Positions 25,145 through 38,560 of a DNA stretch of 64,000 nt are shown here, piece by piece; within the stretch, counting starts at the first letter, position 1; each line of letters opens with the position of its first letter. The stretch comes from Hemiscyllium ocellatum (lineage: Eukaryota): positions 6,417,201-6,481,200 of the forward strand of contig NC_083435.1 of NCBI RefSeq assembly GCF_020745735.1, read 5' to 3'. The position numbers and the translations under genes were made by a program. The notes below the pieces were generated by a model. It saw nothing but the letters and a program-made list of their open reading frames with translations. It was not told where the DNA came from and did not search any database.

Positions 25145-25802
25145 ACATCCACTGATATCATTTATTGCATCCATTGCTCCCGATGCGGTCTCCTCTACAT
25201 TGGGGAGACTGGATGCCTCCTAGCAGAGTGCTTTAGGGAACATCTCCGGGACACCCGCACCAATAAACCACACCACCCTGTGGCCCAACATTTCAACTCC
25301 CCCTCCCACTCTGCCGAGGACATGGAGATTCTGGGCCTCCTTCACTGCCGCTCCCTCACCACCAGACGCCTGGAGGAAGAACGCCTCATCTTCCGCCTTA
25401 GAACACTTCAACCCCAGGGCATCAATGTGGACTCCAACAGTTTCCTCATTTCCCCTTCCCCCACCTCACCCGAGTTCCAAACTTCCAGCTCAGCACTGTC
25501 CCCATGACTTGTCCTATCTGCCTATCTTCTTTTCCACCTATCCACTCCACCCTCCTCCCTGACCTATCACCTTCATCCCCTCCCCCACTCACCTATTGTA
25601 GTCTATGCTACTTCCTCCCTACCCCTACCCTCCTCTAACTTATCTCTCCACGCTTCAGGCTCTCTGCCTTTATTCCTGATGAAGGCCTTTTGCCCGAAAC
25701 GTCGATTTCGCTGCTCCTCGGATGCTGCTTGAACTGCTGTGCTCTTCCAGCACCACTAATCCAAAATCTGGTTTCCAGCATCTGCAGTCATTGTTTTTAC
25801 CG
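25145..25802 (+). mobile_element. 5'-truncated Penelope-like element with 11-bp TSD
   Basis: Reads AQHFNSPSHS...LEEERLIFRL.TLQPQGIN. TCAGTGCTAAC is duplicated at 25134-25144 and 25803-25813. Hammerhead-like motif at 25672-25707. Confidence 0.85.
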
Positions 25803-27194
25803 TCAGTGCTAACCACTGAGCCACCATGGCACTCCAAAGGTGTTGGACTGAGGTGGAGAACGTTGAAAATCACACAGAATACCAGGTTATAGTCGAACAG
25901 GTTTATTTGAAAAACAAGGATCCAGAGCACCTCTCCTTATTCCGTAAGCTCGTTGGGCAGAATACCTAGGACACAGAATTTACAGTAGAAGATCAAAGTG
26001 TCATACAACTGTTGTGATGCATTGAACAAGCCGACATTACTATTAAGTCTTTAATCATTTAGAAGAGGGGCGCAGGTTTCCAATGATTAATATGTTTGAT
26101 TAAAATAGTGTGAGACAATGTCATCCATTTACACAGCATGTTACTGTTAGTTATGTCTGTGTAACAGGACCCACTGCCTTTCTGTCTGGGCCCTCCCTTT
26201 CCGGGATCGAAACCCGACCTATCCTGATCCCAAAATAAAGCCCCGCTTCATTCTTCCGATGACCTGTTCCATTTTACCTCGTTACCATCACCTCGGTATT
26301 CAGGCTGCCCTGAGACTTGGAGAATCAATCCTTGTTCTGCCCAACGTCACATTAATCGAGGAACCTCCGGCTTTTCAACTTTCCTGAAAGTGGTTCAAAA
26401 TATCAGGTCTGGATCATTAAGGCAGGATCCAGTTGTGGAATCCAGTCCACACTTTCAGCACAGCCCATTTGTTCCCCTCAGGATAGTGCAGGAAGTCAAT
26501 GCCCAGATGGAAAAAACAGAGAAAGTTGTAATTGAAACCCACTGGTCCCATTCATCATGTGTTCCTCAGACTATAACTCCAGTCAGACCAGTACATTTAT
26601 TGCCAAGTGCTGCTATTTATTCAACTGCCTCTGCAGTTGAAACTACACTTGCAGTTAGGAAACCACCACAACCCTTTCTCACAGATGTTTAAATTAGAGT
26701 CATAGAGATGGACAGCACAGAAACAGACTCTTTAGTCCAACTCATCCGTGCTGACCAGATATCCTAAATTAATCTAGTCCTATATCGCAGCACTTGGCCC
26801 ATATCTCTCTGTGCCCTTCCTATTCACATACCCATCCAGATGCCTTTTAAATATTGTAACTGTACCATCCCCCACCATGTTCTCTGGCAGCTCTTACGGC
26901 CTTAAAATTGTTTTGTGCTCTAATCAGAGCTTCAGAAGAGGAACTGCATTATAAATGGAGGTAAATGGACTTCAGAGCCACAGAAAGACCAGGGAAATGA
27001 GAGGGGCTAAATTGTTCTTGCAGAGAGCTGTCACAAATGAGCTGAATCCCCTTGTGTACTGTAAATATTCAATGACTCAAAGATATTTTGTTTTTAAATT
27101 GATTTCATGCATTAAGCCATTATCACTTCTGCCATTCAATCTCCCCTCTTTCAATCTATCATGCACCTTCCCTTTCATTCTTCTCCATTCTACA

Positions 27195-27977
27195 GTGATG
27201 TACTGGGGCTTTAAGATGTGTATTTTGTCCTTTTGTTTGAAGAGTGATTTTAAGACAGAAGTGATGAGCTGTCTATTTGAATCTAATACAGTAAACAGCT
27301 TCTGAGGACTTGGCTTTTTTTGTCAAGGTTGAACAATCGAAACAGCCTGAATGGGTGGGGATCAAACTCCCCCAGAGTCAGGACTTTTAATTTTAGCTTT
27401 TCAGTAATTTTTGCTGGAGTTGTGAAGCTGGGTTCTGGCATGTCTGTCGCTGCTTCTCTCTCTCTCTCTCTCACTCAGAATGTTGATGGTTTTCCTTCTG
27501 GATTGGAGAATTGCCGGTGAGACAATCTATTTTACTGACTTGTCCTTTGCCAAGGGTGTGTCAATGGGATATTGCTATATTGTCTACTATACGAGTACGA
27601 TATTACTATGTATTCCTGATGAAGAGCTTATGCCTGAAACGTCAATTCTCCTGCTCCTTGAATGCTGCCTGACCTGCTGTGCTTTTCCAGCACTACACTC
27701 TCAACTCATAATACTATATTGGAATAGTTAATTGTTAAATAATCTGTTATTTTGTTAAGTTTTCCAAAAGAGTTAAGTTATTCCAATTTCTTCTTTCTTT
27801 TGTTGTATTTTAATGTGGTATATGAATAAAGTGTGTTTTGTTTCAAAAGTGTTAGTTTGACCAATCAAATTGCAGCCAGACCGCTACGCCTGGCATGTAT
27901 CTTTAAAATAAAAAAGAAGTTAGGGTCTAGGCGATCTTCTGAATATACTTTGAGGGTGTTTGGTCTGGTCCATAGCA
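27195..27977 (+). mobile_element. Solo-LTR-like element, same family as 17177-17781, with a Penelope terminal fragment at about 27610-27705
   Basis: Shares the blocks tattttgtcctttt, gttaagttttccaa..agttaagttatt, aataa and tttggtctggtccatagca with the other copy. Confidence 0.5.
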
Positions 27978-28829
27978 CCCTATTTTATTGTCAGTGAATT
28001 CTTTTAAACCTGTTATACCTCAAATTATTTCCGGTGAAGCACTAAACATTCTGGGGAAGAGTGATTAGCAACCTAGAAGGTGACATTAATGATATTGGTT
28101 CAAATCCTACCATGACAGATGATGGAATTTAAATTTAGCTAATTAATTGAGAATATTAAAATTTATCAGCAGGAATAGAGACCATGGTGGTTATAATCAA
28201 TTGTTACAAAACCACATTGATCCTTTGGGGAGGAAAATCTGCCACCCTTACCTGGTCTGGCCTACACATGACTCCAGACCCACAGTGGTGTTTGTGCATT
28301 TTTAACCACTGTCTGAATTGGTTGAGCAAGCCATTCAATTCAGGGACGATTAGAGTTGTTGGTCAGTTAATTACAGATAGCTATAGTTTGGCAACAATTG
28401 CTTGCTTTGACAGTGAAACCCACTTCCCAGTGAAAGAATGAAGGAAAACATAACATTAACAGTCTGCTGCCTTCTTTTTGTCCTGCCTGGTTTCAGATTG
28501 CAGCATTTGTAATGTATTACATTTGTCTTTCTCAGTGATTGACATCTTCCAGCCCCACTGCAATCTCCATGTCTTCAATATCAATTCCATACATGGTAGT
28601 TGTCTGTCCTTAAGGAACATTATCTGCAACTTCAGCATCATGTTTGACCCCAGGATGAGCTTCTATCTGCATGCCCTCCATGGCACTGAAAGCAGCTTTT
28701 CCCCACCAGTGGAGCAGGCCATCCAGAGATGCAGACATTTAAATTTCTCGCTGATGGGATAAGTGAGTCAGCGGCGAAATGTTCAAATTTGGATTAGCCT
28801 CCATTATGGATGATGTCACTGGTGAGTTA

Positions 28830-30330
28830 CAGAGGTCTACAGCACTGAAAACAGGCCCTTCATCCCATTGAGGTTGTGTTTGTCAAAACAACCACCTTGT
28901 GATTCCTGTTTTCCAGTCCTTGACTGTTTGCCTTTTATTCCGTGGTTCAGAAGTGTACATCAAAACACGTCCTAAACGTCATGAGGGTTTCTGCCTCAGG
29001 CTGTTAGTTTCAGATTCTCAACACCCTCCAGATGAAGAAGCTTTTCCTCACATCTCTGAACTTCCTGCCCCTTACCTTAAATCTATGCCCCTTGGTTATT
29101 GATCCCTCCATCAAGGGGAAAGGTTTCTTCCTGTCTACCCCATCTATGTCCCTTACAATTCAATACATCTCAATCATGGCCACTCTCAATCCCCTCTGCT
29201 CCAAGGAAAGCCACCTCAATCTGTCCAAACTCTCTAGCCCAGAAATCTTCCTGGAAAATCTCTTCTGCATCCTCTCCAGTGCAGTCACCTCCCCCCTATA
29301 ATGTGGATTTGAGAATTGCACACAGTTCTATAGCTGGGGCCTAACCAACATTGTATACAGTCCCAGCATTACCTCCCTGCTCTTAAACTCTATACTTCAG
29401 CTAAGAAAGACAAGTATTCCATATGCTTTTTTAAGTACTTATCTCCCTGTCTTGTCACCTTAAGAGACTAGTGAATGCACATTCCAAGGTCCCTCTGATT
29501 CTCAGTATTTGCCACAATCTTAATTGGTCATCATGTACTCCCTTGCCTTGTTTGCCCTGCCCAAGTACATCACCTCCCAGTTACCCAGATTGAATTCAAT
29601 TTGACTCTGATCAACCCATCTCACCAGCCCGCCTATGCCGTCCTGTTATCTAAGGCTATCTTCCTCACCATTTAGCACCCCACCAATTTTTGTATCATCC
29701 GCAGACTTACTCATAAATCCTCCTCCATTCAAACCTAATTGTTTTCTATAACACAAACAGCAAAGGCCCGAGCACTTCCCGACTGAAACCCACTGATTCC
29801 AGTCACAAACCAGCCCTTGACCATCAGCCTCTGCTTCCTGCCAATCCGCCAATTCTGGATCCAATTAGTCAACTTTCTCAAGACTTCATGGGCTTTTACC
29901 TTCGCTATCCCAGTCTCACATGAGGAATCTTATTAAAAGACTTGCTGAAGTCCAAGCAGACTACACACATGGTTACCTCTTCACAAATTCAATCAAATTG
30001 GTCAGACATGACCACCCCTTAACAGAACCATGCTGAATGTTCTTGATTACTCCTTGCCATTCCAAGTTCAGATTAATTCTGTCCCTCAGAATTTCTTCTT
30101 GTAATTATATTGATTGGCTTGGAGTTTCCTGGCATATCCCTTGCTCCTCCTTAAAATAATGGTAAGACATCGGTTGTCCTGCAGTTTTCTGACCCCTCTC
30201 CTGTGGCCAGAGAGAAGCTGAAAATTATTGCCAATGTCCCCGGTGGTTCCTCTCTTGCCTCACTTAACAGTCTGGGACACATTTTACTAGGTCTGCAGAT
30301 TTATCTACTTTTAAGTCTATCAGACCACAC
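28830..30330 (-). mobile_element. Decayed CR1-type LINE (RT region to 3' end)
   Basis: Contains SKSADDTKIGG (FADDTK RT motif variant) and a CR1-like 3' end. Confidence 0.7.
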
Positions 30331-31145
30331 AGAGCCTCCTCTCTGTCTGTGCTAATTTCTGTAAGAACACTGCAAGCCTTCTCCCTTTTTTTGATACCCA
30401 CATTATTCCTCTCACTCGTGAACACTGACACCAAGTATTCATTTGGAACCACATGGGCATCCTCCACTCACAAATTATTGCTGTGATACTTAATGGACCC
30501 TACTCTTTACCGAGTTATCCTTTTATCCTTAATGTCTGTGTGAAACAGTTTTGTATTTGCCTTTATTTTACCTGTCACTGTCCCTTCATTTCCTCTTTTA
30601 GTTCTCTTTATTTTGAGTTCTCTTTGGTCCATTCTATAATCCTCTCAGGCTGTTGCTGTTGTTTCTCAGTTAATCCTTTCTTCAAACAAAATGTACTTTT
30701 TTAAAAATCACAAACCAATCAAATCCCCACCTCCTTGATGTACTGATTTACTTTCCCCACTCAGCAGTCCCCTGAAGCTGTCATTGTTAAACCTTCTCTT
30801 CTCTCTCAAATCGAGTGAGTTGCTGGTTTGCCTCAGTTTGAATTTTCTGACTTTTGTCCCTCCAGTGTCTTCTGGCCCTTTCTGATATCAGTTTTTTTAA
30901 TGTTTTTTTTACACAATCATAGGAAAACATGCTCAGATCAGACAGAGCTAGCATCCCTCAGGGCAATTAATGAACCAGTCTGGTTTTTCCACAATCCATT
31001 TACATTATTCACTACTCCCTCCCTTTCTGGACTGTGTCTTACAATGTTGCTGTGGCAATCAGAGACAGGAACTTAAAAGAGTGTTTGACTTTCCAGTGGG
31101 GACCATTTCACTTGGTGCTCAGTGGAGCCAGAGCAATCCTTTGAG

Positions 31146-31328
31146 ATGGCCAACATATGGGAGAAGCTAAAAAGTGAACAACGGAAGGAGCTGTGCAGTG
31201 TCCACAAGGAGAAGGTGAAGCTATTTTGTAAAACTGACAATCAGCCCATGTGTGTTGTTTGTCAAAGTTCAAAAAGCCACCAAAGCCATGAGCTGCTGCC
31301 TCTGGAAGAAGCGACTGAAGAATTTAAG
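31146..31328 (+). CDS. Gene B (RING-less TRIM35-like paralog) exon 1: B-box2 only
   Basis: Strong Kozak gagATGG at the position homologous to the gene A ATG. Reads MANIWEKLK...CSVH...CKTD...CVVC...HQSH...EEFK|gtgagg. In-frame TGA upstream at 31086-31088. Confidence 0.85.
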
Positions 31329-34300
31329 GTGAGGAGATATCTCATCAAATAGAGAAACAGAATGTAATTGTCATTGACTTGGATTGAGTGTCACTCAGTG
31401 CTAAAGGCAGTCCTGATAATGCATTTATATTTCTTTAGTTATTCTGTCACTCCATGGGCTGTCACTTGTATCATTGCTACAAGGAGCAAGGCCAGGGATG
31501 TTGATGAGTTAGACCGATGTCAGTCAATTAGCCCTCCAAATGCAAAGCCAAATCTCTTTTTACAGTATGTTTCAGATTAGAAGTCAGCACATACCTTTTA
31601 CCAAAGCTTCTCAATCAGTTCAAACTTTCACGCAATCAAATGCAATAACAGTGACCAGGAAACTGAACAGGTTCAATCCTCTGGCCATTTTCTGAGTTAA
31701 TAAGCAAACACCTTTGAAGTTTAACAAGGGAAAAGTGAGGCCATTGCTATCTGTATGAATGCACCATGGCCCAAATGAAAAAGATGTAACAAAACTCTTC
31801 CCATTTTAAAGAGGTGCAAGCTTCAAAACTCTAATCATTAAAAAAAAGGAAATTTACCAATTAATTAATAAAGTTGCCACGTCTGAAACTGAACACCATC
31901 AGATGAAGCAAAGAAGAGTGCAAAGATGTAAAAGGTGCAATAGTGTAAATAGTGCAAGGATGTACAAATGAAAGGGAAGGAAGTCAGACTGATTGTGAGG
32001 GGTGATGTATGTGGAGAGATTGAATCGATTAGGACTGTACTGATTGGAGTTTAGAAGGAGCTTTTAAATGAATTCTAAAATTCGAAAAGGATGACGCAAA
32101 GTAAACGCAGGAAGGATGTTCCCGATGACAGGGGAACCCAGAACCAGGGTCACCGTTTAAGGATATGGGATAAGCCATTTAGGACTGAGATAAGGAGAAA
32201 TTTCTTTTGCCAGAGAGTGGTGAACCACAGAAATTTTGAATATTTTGGTCAAAATTTTGAATACTTTCAAGAAGGACTTAGATACAGTTCACAGAGCTAA
32301 AGGTGTAGGAGAAAGTGGGAAATTATCAGCCATGATTGAATAACTGAACATACTCACAGCTGAAGGGCCAGTTTCTGTTCCTATGTCTTATGGTCTTACT
32401 GGATAAATAGCCTTCTATAAAACATTTAAAAAGAGATAACAGATAGAAGTAATGTTAAATGACTGAAGTAAAAAAATAACAGAGGAAAGAGACAACAGAA
32501 GAAATAGAAAAAGAAACAGCTGAGAATGCTTCCTGAAGGTGTGCAATTGTGAAATAGTGATAAAGGGGAAAAACAGGTCCAGTGGAGAGGTGCAGAGATA
32601 GGAAGATGTATCTGTTAGTCCAATGCTTAAACAGCATTCCTGAGCTTAGAGATATGGGAAATTGCAACGGATGAGAAGGTGACAAACCCTTCAAGGGTGA
32701 GTGAGTCAAACTGGATTCAATCAGTGATAAAACTAGATATCCTCCGACCCTAGGAAGGAATCTTCAGCACCTCTTATCGAGAGATGAATACAATCTGCAA
32801 CACATTTTCACCGAGGTACAGGAACTGAAGGAAGCCAATGAGATGGGAAGGCTGGGTGGAATGAGCTTGTTGGAAGAAACTAAGGGATTAAATCAATCGT
32901 CACAATTCCACAAGCAGTACTTTGATGAATTTGTTAATAAAACAATCTCATCAGCCTATGGCTATTGCTGTAACTTTAGAAATATTCAGGATATGAAAAT
33001 AAATCAGATTTTAAAGACAGACATTTTTGGCTCATCTCCCCCAATTCCTGGGTCCATGTTCAGATGACTGAGAGAAAAAAAACAACTTAATTCACTCAAG
33101 TAAAACAAAGAACTGCAGATGCTAGAGATCAGAAGCAAACAAAAGCTGAAATTGTTGGAGAATCTCAACAGGTCTGGCAGCATCTGTGGAGAGAGAAAGA
33201 GTTAATGTTTCGAATCCAGTGTAGTATTACTGAAACCTTAATTCTGTTTCACTCTCCGCAGATGCTGCCAGACCTGCTGACTTTTTATTCTTATTTCAGA
33301 TTTCCAATATCTGCAGTATTTTGTTTTTATTTAGGTTCCACCATTCATTAGACTTGTTCTGGAATGGAAGGACTGTCCTTTGAAGACAGTTTGGGAAAAC
33401 TGGGCCGAAGTTCTCTCGAGTTTTGAAGAATGAGAAGTGATCTCATCGATATTCACAAACTACTGAAAGAGATAGGAGGCTAAGATGACTCCCCTGTTGG
33501 GACAGCACAGAACCGGGGATCAGCTAACAATAAGGGGGAGGCCACTTCAATCCAACATAAGGAGAATTTTTATTTTTACTCAGAGGGTTGTGAGCCTTTG
33601 GAATTCTCTCCCGCAGGGAGCCGTGGAAGATCAGTCTTTGAGTGTGTTTAAAGTTGATATATTTCTGATTACTTGTGGTGGACAGGGTTATGGAATGGTG
33701 TGGTCAAAGGCATTGAAATGTTCGATTAGCCATGATTGTCTTAAAGGATGGGCTGAATGGCCTCTTCTGTTCTTACTTTCCTGAAAAGGTTTGGCTGGTC
33801 TCTCTAGTGCTTCAAGTCAATTTTAATGCAAATATGAAGTTGTTTTAATTTTGTTTATGTAATCACTCCTTTGAAATGGAAAGGAAATTAGGCGCGCTCC
33901 ACTTAAGGAAAGGACGAGGCCATTCAGCCCATCAAACATGTTATGTATTTGATGAGATCGTGGCCGACCTGGATCTCATCTCCACATATCAGACTTGATT
34001 CCTTCATATCTTTGCCCGAGAGAAAACTCAGTTTTGAAATTTTCATTGTCTGCAACCTACCGCCTTAACAATCTTTTCATGGGATGGTATCCAGACTTAC
34101 TCTGCTCTCTATGTGAAACACAGCTTCCTTCCTAAACAGTCTCACCCTCATTTTTAAGGTTAGGCCCTCTTCTCCAGATGTCAGAAACGAGCATTTCTCT
34201 CCATCTACCCTCTCTAAACCATGATCAACTTAAAGATTTCAGTTGGATCACAGCTTAATCTTCCATTGAAATGAAAGCTAAGAATTATTTTTACTGAATG

Positions 34301-34341
34301 GTGTTTGATCTTTGGGTGTTTGTGTAACGTATTTTGACCAG

Positions 34342-34437
34342 GAGGAACTTCGAAGCTTACTGAAACCGGTCCAGGACAAGAAGAAAGAATGTGATGCTGT
34401 AAGAAACGACTATAAGAGGACGTTAAGCCACATTCAG
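34342..34437 (+). CDS. Gene B exon 2 (96 bp)
   Basis: Bounded by gaccag|GAG GAA CTT ... ATT CAG|gtactt. Reads EELRSLLKPVQDKKKECDAVRNDYKRTLSHIQ. Confidence 0.92.
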
Positions 34438-34969
34438 GTACTTTGTTTTATGATTTGCCTCACTTTTTGTTTGTCTTTGAAAAGTTGTATGCAGCTCAAA
34501 CTGCAATGTGAGCCCCTTTTGATGGAATGATCACTTTGTCTCTGTCAACCAGGCATAATCCAGTAACGCAGCTAATGTTCTGGGGAACTGGGTTCAAGTC
34601 CTATCAGGGCAGAGAGCGGAATTTGAGTTCAATAATAACCTGGAAATAAAAGTCCAATAATGACTGTGAATCCATCGTCAATTGTTGGTTCACCAATGCC
34701 CTTTAAAGAAGGAAACTGCCATCCTTACCTAGTCTGGCCGACATGTGACTCCAGACCCACAGCAATGTGGTTGACTCTTAACTATCCTCTCGTATGGGCT
34801 ATACATGCTGATGGAACCAGCAATGGCCTCATTCTGAGAATGAATTTTTTAAAAAATAGATTTCACATCCAACAGGAATATTTTTCTCTCTTCTGTTCTT
34901 ACAAAAAGAATTGCATTACCTTTTTCACAACTGCTAATTTTCTTCTCAAATTCATCTTTGTTCTCAAAG

Positions 34970-35203
34970 GATCAAGGTGTAAAGACAGAGAAACAGATTA
35001 AAGCTGAATTTGAAAAACTTCACCGGTTTCTCCGTGAGGAAGAGAGGATTGTGTTGAAAGATCTGAAACTAGAGAAAGAGGAAAAATGTCGGGAGATGAA
35101 GGAAAGGATTGAGGAGATTACAAAAGAAATCTCATCCCTTTCAGTCACTGTTCAGGATATTGAACAAGAGCTGAGGGAACAGGACAGCATTAAGTTCTTA
35201 ACG
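34970..35203 (+). CDS. Gene B exon 3 (234 bp, coiled coil)
   Basis: Bounded by tcaaag|GAT CAA GGT ... TTC TTA ACG|gtaaac. Confidence 0.93.
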
Positions 35204-35873
35204 GTAAACTGTTTATTTGTCTTTGTACTTTCTTTGACACTATCCTTTAGACTGTGCAGGCTGTGCCACCAAAACCAGGGAGACTGTTTCCTATTTTACT
35301 GCACAAAATCAAATTCAGTCAGGTCCATGCTAGGGTTCAGAACTGAAAGTCACAGACCTGAAATGTTAACATTGCATTAAATGACTTACTGAGTATCTCC
35401 AGCAGCTTTCTACTGTGCATTGCTTCCATAGTTGTGTACGCAATTTGGATGCTGAATCAATGGGACAATTTCAATATTCACAGTTTGGTCAGTGAAGCTA
35501 ATATACAAGAGGATTGCACTGAAGTATTGGGCAATATTAATGATCTTTGGTAGGAAGAATATGGTGGGAAAATATTCCTCAGAATGTAGGGCCAAAACTT
35601 TCGTGTTAGAGGTGGGAAGTCAGAGCCAACATGCACAGGATATCAAGGGATTATGGGATAGTGTGAGATGATGGAATTGAGAAAAAACATCATTTATCTA
35701 ATTCAATTGTAGAGCCAGTTTGATGGGCTAAATGGTCTACTCCTGCTCCTATTTTCACGCGGTTTTATCTGAAGGGATATATGTGTAGTACTTAAATGTG
35801 ACTTAACAAAGGCTCCACAGAGACCACAGAGGTTTAGTAGAACTTCTCTACTTCACAACTTTACTTCCTTAAG

Positions 35874-36052
35874 TTAAAAATCACACAACACCAAGTTATA
35901 GTCCAACAGGTTTAATTGGAAGCACACTAGCTTTCGGAGCAACGCTCCTTCATCAGGTGATAGTCTGACCTGATGAAGGAGCGACGCTCCGAAAGCTAGT
36001 GTGCTTCCAATTAAACCCGTTGGACTATAACCTGGTGTTGTGTGATTTTTAA
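35874..36052. repeat. Near-perfect 85-bp inverted repeat carrying back-to-back hammerhead-like motifs (family 2)
   Basis: Arms at 35874-35958 and 35968-36052 with a 9-bp spacer. Each arm reads CTGATGAAGGAGCnnnGCTCCGAAAGCTA. Confidence 0.9.
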
Positions 36053-38319
36053 TTTTGTCCACCCCAGTCCAACACCGGCATATCCAAATCATGATTACTC
36101 CTTAAGTTTGCCTTCTTATCACCTCATTAACTTGGGTTCCTTGACTACATTTAGAATCTTCAGGCTGGGATTTCCCATTGGAGCCTTCTCAGATCATCAT
36201 CTCTGGAATGTTCCCACACCAATGTGTTAATTGTCAGAGGGATGAATAAATGTGACGGTTAAATGCGTATTGATTGGGCAATGTGTGATGCAAAGGTGCT
36301 GAAGGATGGCCCTTTAGCATCGCCCACTGTGAATAGAATGCTTTGGTGTTTTATATATTTTCCCTCCTGTTTCCTAAGTTACCAATAACATCTGTGAAGC
36401 TCTGTGTTCCATCTTGAACAATGTAGTTGATATTTACCTGCTCTCATCTCTGCTCTACTTGGCTTGGCTTTTCTCTCTGTGCTGTTGGATTGACCCTTTC
36501 TCTATGCTCTCCCTTACTCCAACTATTTCATTGATAAAGAGCATCTACAGGCAACGCAGAAGGCACAGAAATGAATGATGAGAATGATACCAGAAAGGAG
36601 AGGGGATACTGATCAGGAAAGATTTAACAGACTGGGTCAGCTCAGAAAGAAAAGACTGGGCACAATTTGATAGAGGCTTTCAAGATCTTTACGGATTTCA
36701 TTGGGTAGATGGAGAAAAGATGTTGCCGTTTGTGAAAAAGACCAGCATTTTGGTTGATAAATATAAAGACAAATAAACCTTGTGAGAATTCAAGGAGAAT
36801 CTTGCTTTGTCAGTGAGCAAACAGAATGTGAAATTTTCCACATGTGCAGTAACTAAGATGAAGATTACAGATACATTCAGAGGGGAAGCTAGATTAGCAG
36901 ATGAGGGAGACGCAGGACTGGGCAATGTACTACTGATGTTAGGTCAGGAAGGGTGAGAGAAGATTCCCATGGAGCAGTCCTTTCAATATTGCTGGATCAA
37001 AATCCTGAAAATCCCTCCGTAACAATGTTGTAAGTCTACGTATACCATATGGACTGCAATGGTTCATGAAGTGGAGCAGCTGGTGTTGGACTGGGTCGAC
37101 AAAGTTAAAAATTACTTAACACCGGATTATAGTTCAACAGGTTTATTTGGAAGCACCAGCCAGTGCTTCCAAATAAATCTGCTGGACTACAACCTGGTGT
37201 TGTGTGATTTTTAACTTTGTAATGATTCAAGAATACAGGTCACCACTACTTTCTCAAACGGAAACAAAGGAGGGGCAATAAATGCTCACCCAGCCAGCGA
37301 CACCCACATCCCACGAGTGAATAAAGATGAAAAAAGCAGAGACATCTGAATGCCTGAGGTGGGCTGAATGGCCTACTTGTTTGCTAGAATTATTCTGTTG
37401 CTATTAGCAATCTGGTTAGAATGCAGCACTGTGACTTCTGTCATGCAGTAGGATTGAGGAACTTGTATTATTTTCACAATGCAGTGAGGATGGGGCCAGA
37501 CCTGTTCTTGCAGTTTACCCAGAACTGCTTAGGACAGACAGCACACAAACAGGTAACCTGCAGCACAGGCCTCCTCTGGTATTTATGCTGCAATTAAACA
37601 GCTCTCTTTTTTCTCATTTTCCTATTTCCTCCCGCTCTATTCCCTTTACACCTGCACTCATTTTGTTTACTTTGAAAATCGATTCACCTCAACAACTTGC
37701 TGGGCCAGGAAGTTCCCGATTCCTGCCACAAACCACTTTGGGAATTCCCAATTGGATTTCTTGGTGACTCCCTCATAATGATGACCTTTGTCCTCTCTTC
37801 ATCCAGACATGCAGCCTCTGAGTGGACAGATTTTTTTTTAAAAAGTTGCACTTTTTAATCTAATTCTTTGAGAGTTTTGGTCAGCTCTCAGTTGACTCTT
37901 GCCCTCGGGGCCTTGTCCTATTTATCTTTCAGTAGGACTTTTGCAGTTTTAAGAACCATCCTGCTTCTGAAGTGGCAGATTTGTGACACAGTCAGTTCTG
38001 TCCTTGGGTTGAAGGGACAACTTTTGGCCAAGTTCAAGATATGCCAGTATTTTTGGAAGGTTTCTCCCCTTGAAGTCGAGCCGATGTCTCACCAAATTTT
38101 CCCAAACTCTTCTCATTGATTACTTCCCCTGCTCCTGTGGTGTCTCTCATGTCTGATTTCCAGCCAACTTCACCGAACACCATTCCTGAAACCACTGGCC
38201 AATCAGCGGCTACCTGGAAGGCATCGGCATCACTTGTGCCCATGCCATCTTCAAAAGATCAAGCTCCGCCCATTTGGAGCTGCCCTGAACACTGAGCTGG
38301 AATGGTCCCGGGATGGAAG

Positions 38320-38560
38320 GAAGGGGGAGAGCAGGGCCTACTCGGTGAACAGGGACCTGGAGTTCCTGCTACACAGCCTGTTACACACGTGGGATATCTC
38401 CTGCCGCCCAGAGCAGCGGGGAAGGCTGCCATACCAGACCATGGCCAGCCTGCTCCGAGGTTGCCACATGGGTCAGTGCAGTCTCAGCTGTCTGGAGGAT
38501 CGCCAGCATTGTAGGAAAATGCTCAGTAACCTTCGTCACTCTGCCACCACTCTGCCCATG
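38320..38560 (+). mobile_element. Decayed PIF/Harbinger-type Myb/SANT ORF remnant
   Basis: Across frameshifts it reads RDLEFLL...SEVATWVSAVS...RQHCRKMLSNL, resembling the Myb_DNA-bind_5 pattern W.EVA..VSA.S...R...QCRK...DL. Confidence 0.45.

Larger units (their letters stand above)
24245..25836 (-). mobile_element. HE1/V-SINE split into three pieces by CR1 and Penelope insertions
   Basis: Pieces at about 24245-24435, 25035-25144 and 25803-25836 are collinear with the intact SINE at 45513-45855. Confidence 0.75.

Noticed and set aside
30970-31170. Cys-containing ORF upstream of gene B as a frameshifted RING remnant
   Set aside because: It lacks C3HC4 spacing, and the DNA aligns to gene A's non-coding upstream region rather than its RING.
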